Position numbers and translations under genes: made by a program. Below are positions 1 through 11,990 of a stretch of DNA of 64,000 nt, piece by piece. The stretch comes from Octopus vulgaris (Eukaryota). Numbering within the stretch: position 1 is the stretch's first letter; each line of letters opens with the position of its first letter. The stretch is taken from NCBI GenBank assembly GCA_951406725.2, contig OX597819.1:38564001-38628000 (forward strand). The letters are read 5' to 3'. The notes under the pieces were generated by a model that worked only from the letters and a program-made list of their open reading frames with translations, was not told the origin of the DNA and searched no databases.

Positions 1-3000
1 ATTATATTAACCTGTTGTTAATCAATCATTTCTATTTTGTTTATTAATCAAAATACTGTTTCTAAATTTTTTTTTTTTTTGTCTTTGACTGGCCCAAAAA
101 TTCTTGTAAAATTTTATTTGAATCATTCTTCTTTGAGTGAAGATTTTGATTGGAGTTTTAAAGGGAGAAAGGACATGAAAATAGAAATTAAAGCTATTTA
201 TATATTGAGGTTTGTATTGTGAAGTGATTTTTATAGTGGGTAGCATGAAGAAACTTTAAAATGTTTGTGTGATGTAAGCAGACAACTGTATTGTACCAAA
301 CATTATAGCTGACCAGCGATTTTTCTTCTGATACTTTCTCAGATATATAAAGACAGAAGAAAATGAAAACTGGTACAAATGTGGCAGTGGTTTCCACCAA
401 ACTGCTATTTCCATAATACGTATTACCTATAGCATTTAAACTTTAGGTAATGTTGGCCAATGTTTTAATACATGTGATATACGATACACATTCCATAAAT
501 GAAAGTTTTGTATTTTGAATGAGTTAAGACACTAAACTAACTTGAATAAATGTTATGTCTTTTAAATATTCTGTTGGTTTGAACAGTGAATTTTCAAATA
601 TGAAAAAATATCAAAATCATATTGTTCATTTTTAAATAGCTAAAATGATTAATCAGATATTGCTGTTATATTTGGATATTTCATTTTTATTATTTTATTT
701 ATTTTTAAAAATGTAAATCCCTTCCAATGTCTCAAACATTTTTTACTAATCATAATTTTGATGCTGTCTCAGATTATACTTTGTAACTTTGATAGCAAAT
801 ATTGTTGCTAAGAATCAGAAATTTCAAATGTTAGGTTTGTTTTCGCTACTTTCTCTTATTTATATATTTAATTTTTGAAAGTTTTCCACCTAAGCCACTT
901 ATTTACCATACGTTAGTAGTATATTCTTTTAAGGCATTAGCTACTAATAAAAGTATGATATAACTCTAATCATTATAGTATGTTAATTAACAGGAATTCT
1001 GAGCATATCATTGATATAAACTATTTTATGGTTTTTATATTTCATGGCATTAATTATCCAAAATAATAAGTAGAAGAAAATATCTTTTGAAGTAACTTTT
1101 AAAAAGTGTTTCATGTAATTTCATATGAAGTATGTAAACTACATCATTAATTAGGGTGGATGCTGTGATTATATTTCATCAGCAGAAGCATTTGTTTAGT
1201 CCAATGTAGTATGCTTATATTGTGAGGACAGAGCCACAAAATATAAAGTAATGGTGATTATAGAATTCATAACAAATATTAGATCCTTGGAGGTCTTTCA
1301 TCTCTGTGATAAAGCATAACATTATGATTTTCTTCATTTGTTCTAAGAATTATGCTAATTATCACTTCTGTTGAAAAATTATTTGATCAGCAATGGAAAT
1401 TAGTTTCATATTTTACTATTGATTCTATGCAGTAAACACACAGACTAGGCTGTTGATGCTGCAATCTATATTTTAGTTCAGTGTTCATAATCAGCAGAAA
1501 AATAAAGCTGACATGCTTCAAGGGAAGAAACATTTGGTGAATAGAGCTTGATTAGTTTTTTTTTCCATTTAAGATAATGTTCAAGAAAGATAACTCAATG
1601 TAATCCAACTGCCAAAAAAAAAAATCAAGGAATAGCTATTTTTCCTGATATTGTTTAGAATCAACAGCCCCACTGATGTCACATAGTGCTTCCTGGGATT
1701 TGATGAGTGGCAGTGAAGGTGGGTAAAGTATGATCTCCCCTTTGTAGTCACAATGAAATATGATTTTCCATCTTTAAATTTTGTTTGCAAATTTAGAATT
1801 TTTAAAAATATTGATTATATTCTGCTGAGGAAAATTCAAATTTCTGAAAGACATTGGCTTTAAGTTTGTTATATCAGCTTCATTATAATAAGATTTTTAA
1901 AAAGTGTTTATATTTTAAATTTTGAGGCCATATATTGCTATTGCAAAGCTAAATTAAATGTGATAGATATTTGAAAGCAGCTTAACATTTGAACTTTCCT
2001 ATGTTCAGTTATTACTGCCTGAAGTTTTTTTTTTATCCATTCAATTTTAATATGCTAATTTTCTTTCTCAAGAATGCAAATGTAATTTTTAGTCAATTAG
2101 TGCTACTCTTATTGTTTTCTCCCTTTTTTAAACAGCTATCTCATTGATGGAATTGTTCTTTAACATTGGATTTTAATTAAACATTCAAAAGCAATAACAG
2201 GAAATTTTCCAGTCGTTAAAACACTTTGTGGCTTATTGAAATTGTCAGAAAATAGAATGCTGTAGTGATCAGAATGTCTTTAGAATTGCTCTTCAATTTC
2301 TTGTATACAAATGCAGTAGAATGTAGAGTTGGTGTACAGATATTTACATATTCACTATAGAACTTTTTCCTCTTTAAACAACAGTATACTGATTTTTTTC
2401 TTTCCTTATCTTAGAAATAAAAGATTTTTTTTATTTCAATGTAGTTTAATTTTAAGGTATTTGCAACTCAGATCAGATTGAACGAAAATTTTTTCAATTT
2501 TTGATTGAAGACAATCATTTTTGGATTCTTTATTTAAAATTTTATTCCAAATCAATTATCAGGATGTGTCATCTCCAACAAAATTGGATCTAAAGTCCCT
2601 TTAGAAGACATTATGTGTGCGAATATGAATGCCAACTATTCAGTTTAAAATAATAATGATTATTCAGATCTTTTTAGAATATTAATCATGTTGTCATTCA
2701 CCAGGATAGTTAAAAATCTTAACAAGTCACAGTCTGTTTAAATGTAGAATAAATCTTTAATAGAAATGTAAATATAATGATTAACTTTCAACAGGATACA
2801 CATTATAAAACTGTACCCTAATCCATCCTGCTTTTACACTTGACAAATATCAGGTTCCACTGGTTGTGACTTAATAATAACATGGACTGAACAGTTCTAT
2901 TGATACTGATATCAACCAAATCTACTATTTAAAGCAATAAAATTTTCTTTTTTGAAAGTCTGTGATTAATGATTGTCTGAATGTAAATATAGTTTGAGTA

Positions 3001-4930
3001 TTTGAGATCATTCTTTAGTTCATACATTTGGGTTTTCCATATCAGGTGTTACATTTTCTTTAGAAATTATTTATCAAATTTGAAGTTTTTTTAACTATAA
3101 AAACAAATTTAGTTTTTCCTTGTTTTTATTAGTGTTGGATGTACAGAGAATTCTGTGCCTTTGGGACCATATTTCTTAAAACTAGTGATTTGATGTACTT
3201 TTGGCAACTATATTGTAGATAACGTCATTACATATAAGAGTATGACAATGAATTATATATATATATAGTTAAATCATGATTTAAAGAAGTACTTAATACA
3301 AACTTAGAATGAAATAGTTTATTTGGGTTGGTCAAGTGGTCTGTTACTTGGTAGTTTCAACACTGTGCACCTTGCTATGGAAACATCAAAGTAACAAGCC
3401 ACTGGCCTGGCCTAAATAAACATATAAACTTCGATTATGGTTATTTTGGAGCATTCAGTCTATTTAAAGATAGAGATAATTTTTGTCTCACATTTGTCTC
3501 TTATTTTGTTGTTTTTTCTTTTTTATAAAATAAAGCAATTTCTGAGAAGATGTAACAAAGACTGAATAAGCTTTCGTTATTATATTTTGTTTAGTGTAAA
3601 AGGCTCACATACCTGTTGTTTTTTTTTTTTTGTTAGTGAAGAAATGTGCTATTGTTACATATTTGACAAGTGATGCATTATGTATGCATACGTCAATGTT
3701 AATAGAATTTAACGAAAATGAAGAATAAAGTATATTTATATGAAGATCTTTCTGTTCAGTGTTTTCATTAACTATATAATAAATTTGTTTCATCTACAGG
3801 ACTCATGTCATTCTATATTTTAATTCATACTGTCCTTTATATAGGAATTTAGGCAAATAGTATTGTTCAAGCAGTACTTGTTTGAGTTAACCCTTTGCCT
3901 GTCCACAGCATTTTCATAAGTTTGTCCTCAACATCCATGGTTGTTTTCAGACTTTTATGCTGCTCTTGTTTCATACATTCTAAATAATAAAAAGCCTTTT
4001 TTTTTTTGTTTTCTGTAAGTCTCAAGTTACTCTTGTGCAGAGATGGGGAACCTGCGGCCTTCCAGGCCATCAAGTGCAGCTGTTTGCGGCCATTGGTATA
4101 TTTTCTTTCTCTTTTGACATTGAATATTTTTGCCTAAAATCATATGCCCTAAACTTACAATATACACACACATAGATGAAAGGAAAGCCAACTGTTTAGT
4201 GATGTCACTCACAGAGATTGGAAGCATTTTTCTTTGAACCCAATGAATTTAAACTCAAAGCAACAAGTATATAAAGATATTTCCTTGTCAGCTACACCAG
4301 CCTAGAGGGAGTAAGTGATTTCATGCATGATACACAAAGAGATCTTGTCTTGTCCACCACCTTTTCATTGTGATCTATGCTACGTACTTAGTAATTGTGT
4401 AGTCATGGCCAACTTCATACTGACTTGTTTTGTGAGACTGAGTTAGTTATAACCTGATTTGAAACCATAAATCTATCAGTGCATGCGTTAATTTTACAGA
4501 CTTGCTTTTTATCTTTGAGACTTGATAAGTGATATAGTGATCGCATTCATTGCTGGCTGCACACTGCTTCAGACAGAACGATCTTAGACAAAACACTATC
4601 AATTTGAAACCATCTTCTTGGAATCTTGGTCATAGCTTCAACAGTTGTCATTATTTTTTGAGACTGGAAACCATCAATATTTGACATTATTTCTGCAAAA
4701 ATTAGGTAATGATAAATAATAGTACTAATTACAGAAAAAAATTATAGCTAATCTAGATGTTGTTCAGTATAGAATGGTAGTAACAATTGCTAAAGTCAAA
4801 ACCAAAAACATGGTTTTGGATGCATGTTTATATGCCTTGCCTAAGATTGTTTTATTTGGGTCAGTGTGTGGCCAGCTTTACTAATTCATTATTAAACTTT
4901 TATTTTCTTATGGTTTTTCAGAATAAAACA
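1..4930 (+). other. Putative long 3' UTR of a gene lying upstream of the window
   Basis: 4.9 kb with no credible ORF, no recognisable SINE and almost no microsatellite. T-rich on +, with several AATAAA, the last at about 4922, right before repeats begin. Inference only. Confidence 0.45.
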
Positions 4931-4952
4931 TTTCTTTTTAACCCCTAATTAT

Positions 4953-5478
4953 GTAAAAAGAAATTGAAACGCACTTTGAAAGAAAACAGAATCTTCAATG
5001 AAGAATGGGAATTGCAATAGTTTTTAGTAAATAGTGGAGGCAAAATGTCTTGCTTGTTTTGTGATACCGCAATTGTAATGGTTAAGAAATTCAGTGCACA
5101 GCAACATTATTCTTTTCATAAAGACAATAAATATGCCAAAGTAGGTCTCGAAAGATAGCATTGCAGAAATTGAAAGATGGAAAACAAAAGCAAAGACAAT
5201 TTTTCCAATCTGTGCTGCATCAAGGGAATGCTACGACAGAAGCCAGCTATAAAGTTGCATATTTGCTTGGAAAAAAGGTAAGCCATTCAGCGATGCAGAC
5301 CTCATAAAGGAATGTATATTAGAAGTGGTAGGATGTGTAGATCCCGATAAAGTTAAGTATAAAGAGGTGCCTCCTTCAAGAAGGACTAATACAGATTGAC
5401 AGCATGGATTGGCTTGTAATGTAACGGAGCAATTGAAAACTATAATCCAAAAAGGAAATGTATATTGCTCAGTAGCTG
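4953..5478 (+). pseudogene. Decayed hAT (SPIN/Buster/GTF2IRD2-like) transposase N-terminal fragment
   Basis: Manual translation gives KRTLKENRIFNEEWELQ*FLVNSGGKMSCLFCDTAIVMVKKFSAQQHY (BED-type zinc finger region), then ATTEASYKVAYLLGKK/KPFSDADLIKECILEVV...PSRRT. Stops and frameshifts present. Confidence 0.85.
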
Positions 5479-5495
5479 AGCAATATACATTTCCT
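5453..5495. repeat. Perfect 20-bp hairpin, 3-nt loop
   Basis: aggaaatgtatattgctcag-tag-ctgagcaatatacatttcct. Confidence 0.95.
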
Positions 5496-5496
5496 C

Positions 5497-5660
5497 AGTG
5501 TTGGTGTGTTTATGTCCCTGTAACAGTAGTTTGGCAAAAGAGACCAATAAAGTAAGTACTAGGCTTGGAAAATAAGTCCTGGGGTCAATTTGTTTGACTA
5601 AAATCCTTCAAGGCAGTGCTCCAACATAGCCACAGTCAAATGACTGAAACAAGTAAAAGA
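5497..5660 (+). mobile_element. SINE family C, 3' half
   Basis: Matches the 3' half of the fuller copy at 12715-13120 (aagtactaggc...aataagtcctggggtc...cacagtcaaatgactgaaac). Confidence 0.8.
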
Positions 5661-5877
5661 ACCAACCAAAGAATACAAATATTAACCAGTGTCACTTGAT
5701 TTGGAAACGTTTTAAAGTCATTTAATTTCAGTATGTTTGCAGTTGTATAAACATGTGCACCTCAGTTTTCCTTTTTCCACTTTCACAATGAAGATGCTTT
5801 ATGTGGGCACATTTTAGTCGAAATTGAAGACGTTGTTGGTAAGGAGTACTGTAGTCCAAATAAAAACGCTAAACGTT

Positions 5878-6183
5878 GCCCTTTTCAAGACTAGCCAAGC
5901 TCATGGGCTCGGTTTCCTGGTTTCTGTGGCATATGTGTTACCCCCCACCAGCTGGATGGGACACCAGTCCATCACAGTGTTACTCAAGAAACAGGAAGAG
6001 AGAGTGAGAGAAAGTTGTAGCAAAAGAGTACAACAGAGGTCACCACCACCCCCTGTCGGAGCTTCGTAGAAGCTTTCAGGTGTTTTCACTCAATAAACAC
6101 ACACAACGCCTAATCTGGGAATCGAAACCGTGATCCTCCGACCGCAAGTCCGCTTCCCTAACCACTGGGCCATTGCATCTCCA
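5878..6183 (-). mobile_element. tRNA-derived SINE family D, near full length
   Basis: Minus-strand head ggagatgcaatggcccagtggttaggg...ggtttcgattccc (A/B boxes). Close copy at 40201-40500. Confidence 0.85.
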
Positions 6184-6699
6184 CACTGTAGTCCAAACTG
6201 AAACACATTTCCAGTCTTTCTTAATCTATCCTTTGGATCACTTATATTCATTTTCATGTAACTTGAAGATATGCCTTGACACTTCTTCACCATCTTCTCT
6301 CCTTTTCCAACTGGGATAGCTATGCCCCCCTGACATTTTTAACTTCTCATAACTTCGTATAAAGCCATAAAACCACCTCCCTCAATGCTACATACACCTC
6401 TGATGAGGGCCTTCACCTTATGAGTTACTCGGTGACCTCACTAGTGCAAGTGCCACGTAAAAAGCACTCAGTACACTGTGAAGTGGTTTGTGTAAGGCAG
6501 AGCATCAAGCCATAGAAACCCTACCAAATCAGAAATCGTATTATACCTACTTTTTTAATATGTGTAACTCATACCTTTTTGACTCTGTTACCTCAAAACA
6601 TATCTTTAATTATCTAAATGAAAAATTCTCCTAGAAAGATGAAAGGAACGTGTGGTGTTGGCTGTGTTATGGGCTCTGATGAGCTATGTGGTGTTGGTG

Positions 6700-7036
6700 G
6701 AGAGGATGACAGATGAGGTGGGCGGTGGAAGAGTGTAAGGCGCATGCGTGGGCAGGAAGCACATGTGGTCAGCGAGGATGTGTGTTCAGTTCCAGCACAG
6801 ACGGCAGAGCAACAAGATGTTGAATTCGTGAAAGAGACCGCCTTTTGTATTTCTTTCACACGTTGCTTCTTTTTCTGTTGTCCTTTTCCTCCGGCGTAAC
6901 TTCGGTATATGTACCGGTGTAAGTACCGGATACATTTCAAGAAAGTGTTTTTTTATATAGGGGTGGGAGAAAAGGGTTTCTGTTATCTTCAGAAATGTAA
7001 ACAAAGTCACGTGTGTACCTATACCGAAGGTTCGCC
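6700..7036 (-). promoter_or_regulatory. Promoter-like, locally CpG-enriched segment
   Basis: GGGCGG at about 6721, NRF1-like GCGCATGCG at 6740 and CACGTG at 7008. On the minus strand, TGTTTAC (FOX-like) and CTATATAAAA (about 6951-6960). Motif-level evidence only. Confidence 0.4.
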
Positions 7037-7695
7037 TTTCATCCATTACACTACAGAATGTTAAATTTTCATCCTTCTGTCGACTATCTTGCAATGAGTG
7101 AATGACAACATGATGTGGTATGTCACCCTGGCTGGTTGCAGTAACACAGAACATCACAGCCAAAAATGTAATTTTCATATCTCGTGTAGCCGAAATATTT
7201 AACTACCATACAATTAATCTGAAAGAAGATACAGCTGAAAAACGTAGCTCCCACAACGCAGTTTATTTATGATAAATTAATAGTTTCATACTGTATTCCT
7301 GTATACTATTACAATATTCTTTTTATATGCACAGAATCAAACATTTCCCATACAAAACCACTTTAGAATATCTTTCAACAGGAGTATAATTAAACGTACT
7401 AAACTTTTTTACCCTACAAAATATACTTTTAAAATAAAAGTGCGTCTTATGCAAGAGTGTCTGAGAAGCCGACAAATACGGTTAATAATTAAAAGAAAAA
7501 TATTTCTGACATATTAGAAACTAAGCAACGAAAACTTTAAAAGAAGGTAGAACCAATGAATTAGTTTCATAAATTGTGAGAAGAAAGTGTTTTAGCAATC
7601 GTTAAGGCACAGGTATGTAAAAAAAAAATTACTGAATAAAACACAAGGGAGACAACTCTGAAATCGATTGTTGTGTCTCATTACGCCAGAAATCA

Positions 7696-7900
7696 TTTCT
7701 ACTAAAGGCACAAAGCCTCAAATTTTAGGGGGTGGGGGGAATAGTCAATTACATGGACTCCAGTGTTTCACTGGTACTCAATTTATGGACCTCGAAAGGA
7801 TGAAAGCAAAGTCGACTTCGGCGGAATTTGAACTCAGAATGTAAAGACGGACAAAAAGCCGTTCAGCATTTCGCCTGGCGTGCTAACAATTCTACCAATA
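7696..7900 (-). mobile_element. tRNA-derived SINE family A
   Basis: ggcacaa...cgaaaggatgaaagcaaagtcgacttcggcggaatttgaactcagaa...gtgctaacaattct. This is the most abundant repeat in the window. Confidence 0.9.
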
Positions 7901-8175
7901 GTCAGGAGTAAGTCTGCTTTTTTTTTCGCAAATACAGTAGTAAATGGCCCTGAAATTTCGTAGAAGGGAGTTAGTCGGTGACAGCGACATCAGTTACTGG
8001 CACTGTCATGCTTTTTAGTTGTCAGAAGTGAAAGTCGTCAACTTCGTGTATTTACGTCAGGTACTTTCGTTAATTTACGCCGTTTATTTACGTACCACCA
8101 CGTTGTTAGGTTTATAAAACAATTGAAGTTCAGTTTAAAGTTTATAAATAAATATATTCTTGCATTATTCATTAA

Positions 8176-8221
8176 TGAAACCCGTTTTAAGGCGGTCAAT
8201 AGTTTAATTAAAGATGTGTCT

Positions 8222-8259
<38 letters not shown>

Positions 8260-8358
8260 GTGTATACATTACACATGTATATGTATACACATGTATATAT
8301 ATATACATGTATAGACACATCTTTAATTAAACTATTGACCGCCTTAAAACGGGTTTCA
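8176..8358. repeat. Near-perfect inverted repeat, about 60-bp arms around a TA/TG spacer
   Basis: tgaaacccgttttaaggcggtcaatagtttaattaaagatgtgtctatacatg and its reverse complement. Confidence 0.95.
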
Positions 8359-8573
8359 ACAGACAAATATTACTATAATGGATAATATAAGCATATAACT
8401 ACTTATACACACATACAATAAATACAGACACACACACACATTAGTCAGACATATAGCCACATATACACACACGTGTGTATGATTGGTATATGTGATCGCG
8501 GTGGTGGTGGTCATTTGTGCAGATTTGGTGTGATTTCTTTTTTAAAAACAATAATGAATAATGCAAGAATATA

Positions 8574-10251
8574 TCTATATATATAAAACTCTAGTTGTGT
8601 GAGTGTCTGTCCCCTTCGATTTAGATTCCTAACTCCTCCCACATTTTGCGGTGCAGTTTAACCAAATTCGGGTATCTTATAGTCGTGATTCATATCGAGC
8701 CCGTCTGACTATTAGCGCGCGTCAACGATGAGTCTACGATTTTAAAAATAATTTAACATCATTTTTTATTCCATTTTAATGCATAAAATGCATCGTGTGT
8801 CGATGGCGGTGGAGTTGGCGTCCACGCTCACAGCTGCACCTGTTTGCTTCTCCCCCTTCCCTCCCTCGTGAAGCTGTGGGGAAGGGAGTGTAAAGAAATC
8901 AACGTCGTAATGCGTTGTGAAGGAGACCAGCGTTCTTTTAGAACAACGACTTCATGGCTTGAAGACACCAAAACAAAAATGGCTAAGAAAGCCCGAATTT
9001 ATAAGGGAAGTAACTCTCTAAAAATGCTTATATAGTTATTTCCCTTACAAACCCGAGCAACGCCGGGCGATACTGCTAGTCTATATATATAAAACTGTAG
9101 TTGTGTGAGTGTCTGTCCCCTTCGATTTAGATTCCTAACTACTCCCACATTTTGCGGTGCAGTTTAACAAAATTCGGGTATCTTATAGTCGTGATTCATA
9201 TCAAGCCCGTCTGGCTATTAGCGCGCGTCTACGATGAGTCTACGATTTTAAAAATAATTTAACATCATTTTTTATTCCATTTTAATGCATAATTTTTCGT
9301 GTGTCGATGGCGGCGGAGTTGGCGTCCACGCTCACAGCTGCACCTGTGTTGCTTCTCCCCTCCCTTGTGAAGCTGTGGGGAAGGGAGTGTAAAGAAATCA
9401 ACGTCGTAATGCGTTGTCAAGGAGACCAGCGTTCTTTTAGAACAACGACTTCATGGCTTGAAGACACCAAAACAGAAATGGCTAAGAAAGCGTCTACATG
9501 AGTCTACGATTTAAAAAAAAATTTACCAACATTTTTTCCATTTTAATGCATTTTTTCGCTATTATATAAGGGAAGTAACTCTCTAAAAATGTCTACGATG
9601 AGTCAACGATTTAAAAAAAAATTACCATCATTTTTTATTCCATTTTTAATGCATTTTTTTGCTATTATTTTGCTATAACTCTCTAAAAATGCTTATATAG
9701 TTATTTCCCTTACAAACCCGAGCAACGCCGGGCGATACTGCTAGTCTCTATATATAAAACTGTAGTTGTGTGAGTGTCTGTCTCCTACGATTTAGATTCC
9801 TAACTCCTCCCACATTTTGCGGTGCAGTTTAACCAAATTCGGGTATCTTATAGTCGTGATTAATATCAAGCCCGTCTGGCTATTAGCGCGCGTCTACGAT
9901 TTTAAAAATAATTTAACATCAATTTTTTATTCCATTTTAATGCATAATTTTTCGTGTGTCGATGGCGGCGGAGTTGGCGTTCACGCTCAAACACCTGCAC
10001 CTGTGTTTGCTTCTCCCCCTTCTTCCCTCCCTCGTGAAGCTGTGGGGAAGGGAGTTTAAGGAAATCAACGTCGTAATGCGTTGTCAAGGAGACCAGCGTT
10101 CTTTTAGAACAACGACTTCATGGCTTGAAGACACCAAAACAGAAATGGCTAAGAAAGCCCGAATTGGCATCTATAAAGGAAGTAACTCTCTAAAAATGCT
10201 TATATAGTTATTTCCCTTACAAACCTGAGCAACGCCGGGCGATACTGCTAG
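8574..10251 (+). mobile_element. Non-autonomous Helitron, three head-to-tail copies (8574-9079, 9080-9744, 9745-10251)
   Basis: Each unit starts TC (tctatatatataaaac; tctctatatataaaac in unit 3) and ends with a GC-rich hairpin cccgagcaacgccggg followed by CTAG. The array sits between A8573 and T10252 with no TSD. Confidence 0.92.
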
Positions 10252-10269
10252 TTTATTTATAAAGTTTAA

Positions 10270-11348
10270 CCCTTTCGTTACCAAACCGCCCAAAGCCGCC
10301 CGAAAAAAATTTTGGTTTATGAAACCAAACCGCCCAAAGCCGCCCGAATTTACCTATTCATATTTAAATGAGAATATCAGCAAATCTCTTCAGTACATTC
10401 GTGAAAACACGTATTATACTTCGTAAACAGTTCAACTACAGTTTTGTACAATAATCGAAGTGTAATTTTAATTCCGTGAATTTTGGGAGATTTTTTTCCG
10501 AAATTTGTTCCTATTGTGTTTTCAAAATTTGTAATTCTGACAAAAAATGGATACGAATTTCATTATATCAAGCAGCGAGTCAGAATTCGAAGGATTTTCT
10601 ACTGAAGACCTTCATAAATCTAACTCTATGACTGAAAAAAAAAGCACATGGTATTTGATAATGAATTTGATGTTTCATTTTCCGAAAGTGAAAACAGTGA
10701 ATCTGAGATCTCCGATAGCGATAAAGAAAACGAATTGGCACCTGAATGGAGTGAAAATTTAAAAACTGTTTCTTTCGGTGATTTTTCTGCAGAAACTGGA
10801 CCAAGCCACAGACTTTCCCAGAAGGGTAAAGCCTTAGGCTATTTCTATTTACTTTTTCGAATGAGCCTATTTGAAATCATTACAGCGAAAACGAACCGTT
10901 ACGCTAAACGTAAACAAAACGAAAGAAAGGATAGTTTGTTATTTCCCACAACCTTAAATGAAATTAAGGCCTATTTTGCCATAAATATTATTATGGGTAT
11001 CAGAAAGTTACCCAGAATAACAAATTCTATCGTAAAATTTTGTTGTATACCCAATTGAATATTAGCTAATATTTTCTATAGCGATGTTTGAACAAAATTT
11101 TAATAATTTTATATTTTGTGGAATTTACCTGTATCTACCTGCAAATAGAGTCACTTTGTGACAAAAATTATAGTATAGAATTGGTTGAGAATATTTCATT
11201 AAATTATCTTCCAAAAATCAGATTAATATATCGATAAATAAAAAAGTTATAGTTGTTTAATGAAACCAGACTAAATTTATGATTACGTTAGAAATTAATT
11301 GAAACACATAAGGGGTGTAATTTGGTCAGAAATATAGTAACGAAAGGG
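10270..11348 (+). mobile_element. Internally deleted piggyBac element
   Basis: TTAA on both sides (10266-69, 11349-52). TIR ccctttcgttac / gtaacgaaaggg. Duplicated subterminal motif accaaaccgcccaaagccgcccgaa. Confidence 0.95.
10547..11058 (+). pseudogene. piggyBac (PGBD-like) transposase N-terminal fragment, frameshifted and truncated
   Basis: Acidic S/E/D-rich N-terminus, then ALGYFYLLF...IITAKTNRYA...TTLNEIKAYFAINIIMGIRKLP. No DDD catalytic domain. Confidence 0.88.
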
Positions 11349-11572
11349 TTAAACAGAACATGGAATAAAATGTATTTATTTATAAACTTTAAACTGAACT
11401 TCAATTGTTTTATAAACCTAACAGCGTGGTGGTACGTAAATTAACGAAGGTATAAACCTGACGTAAATACACGAAGTTGACGACTTTCACTTCTGACAGC
11501 TAAAAGCATGACAGTGACCAGTTACTCAACTGGTATTTTATTGACTAGCAAAGTCAAACCTCGGCGATGCTT

Positions 11573-11713
11573 CACGTGACTTTGTTTACATTTCTGAAGA
11601 TAACAGAAACCCTTTTTACCACCCCTAACCCCCCATATATAAAAAAAACCCCTTTTTTGAAATGTATCCAGTACTTCCGGTACTTACACCGGTATATATA
11701 CCGAAGGTTCGCC
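11573..11713 (+). repeat. Inverted paralogue of 6900-7013 (plus direct copy of 7020-7036), inserted in SINE-A
   Basis: cacgtgactttgtttacatttctgaagataacagaaaccc...tatataaaa...ccggtacttacaccggta..tataccgaaggttcgcc, flanked by caaacctcgg / caaacctcag. Confidence 0.9.
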
Positions 11714-11990
11714 CAAACCTCAGTGGAATTTGAACTCAGAACGTAAAGACGGACGAAATGCCGCAAAGCATTTTCACCGGTGTGTTAAGGATTCTGCCTT
11801 CCCATTGCCATTAATAATAATTTCAAATTTTGGCACAAGGCCAGAAAGTTTGGGGGAGGGAATAAGCCAATTACCTCGACCCCAATGCATAACTGTTTCA
11901 CCGACACTGAAAACTATGACCTCGGTGGAGGACGAAGTGCCGCTGAGCATTTCACCGGGCGTGCTAATAATTTTGCTACCTCGTCACCTT
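11714..11990 (-). mobile_element. SINE-A head portion plus a second deleted SINE-A
   Basis: ggaatttgaactcagaacgtaaagacggacgaaatgccg; second ggcacaaggcc...gtgctaataattttgc. Confidence 0.85.

Larger units (their letters stand above)
7999..11518. mobile_element. Non-autonomous long-TIR DNA transposon (MULE/Merlin/foldback-like) inserted into a SINE-A
   Basis: About 175-bp inverted termini (7999-8173 vs 8549-8573 + 10252-10269 + 11353-11518). 8-bp direct repeat cagttact at 7991-7998 and 11519-11526. The flanks join into one SINE-A. Confidence 0.8.

Noticed and set aside
6110-6183. tRNA gene candidates (also about 40430-40500, 60800-60883 and SINE-A/C heads)
   Set aside because: A/B boxes are present, but each continues into a SINE body and lacks a clean cloverleaf.
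6900-6930. gtacttacaccggtacatatac downstream of a TATA box, resembling U6/U1 5' ends
   Set aside because: No ACAGAGA box, U1 stem-loops or Sm site follow; the similarity is too short.
7435-7484. Possible pogo/Tc2-like terminus (gtgcgtcttat...aaatacggt), similar motif at about 45140
   Set aside because: No matching second terminus or TSD could be established.
8844-10207. Three similar 63-83-aa ORFs (LVKLWGRECKEINVVMRC)
   Set aside because: Incidental frames within the Helitron units, with variable starts and no Rep/helicase motifs.
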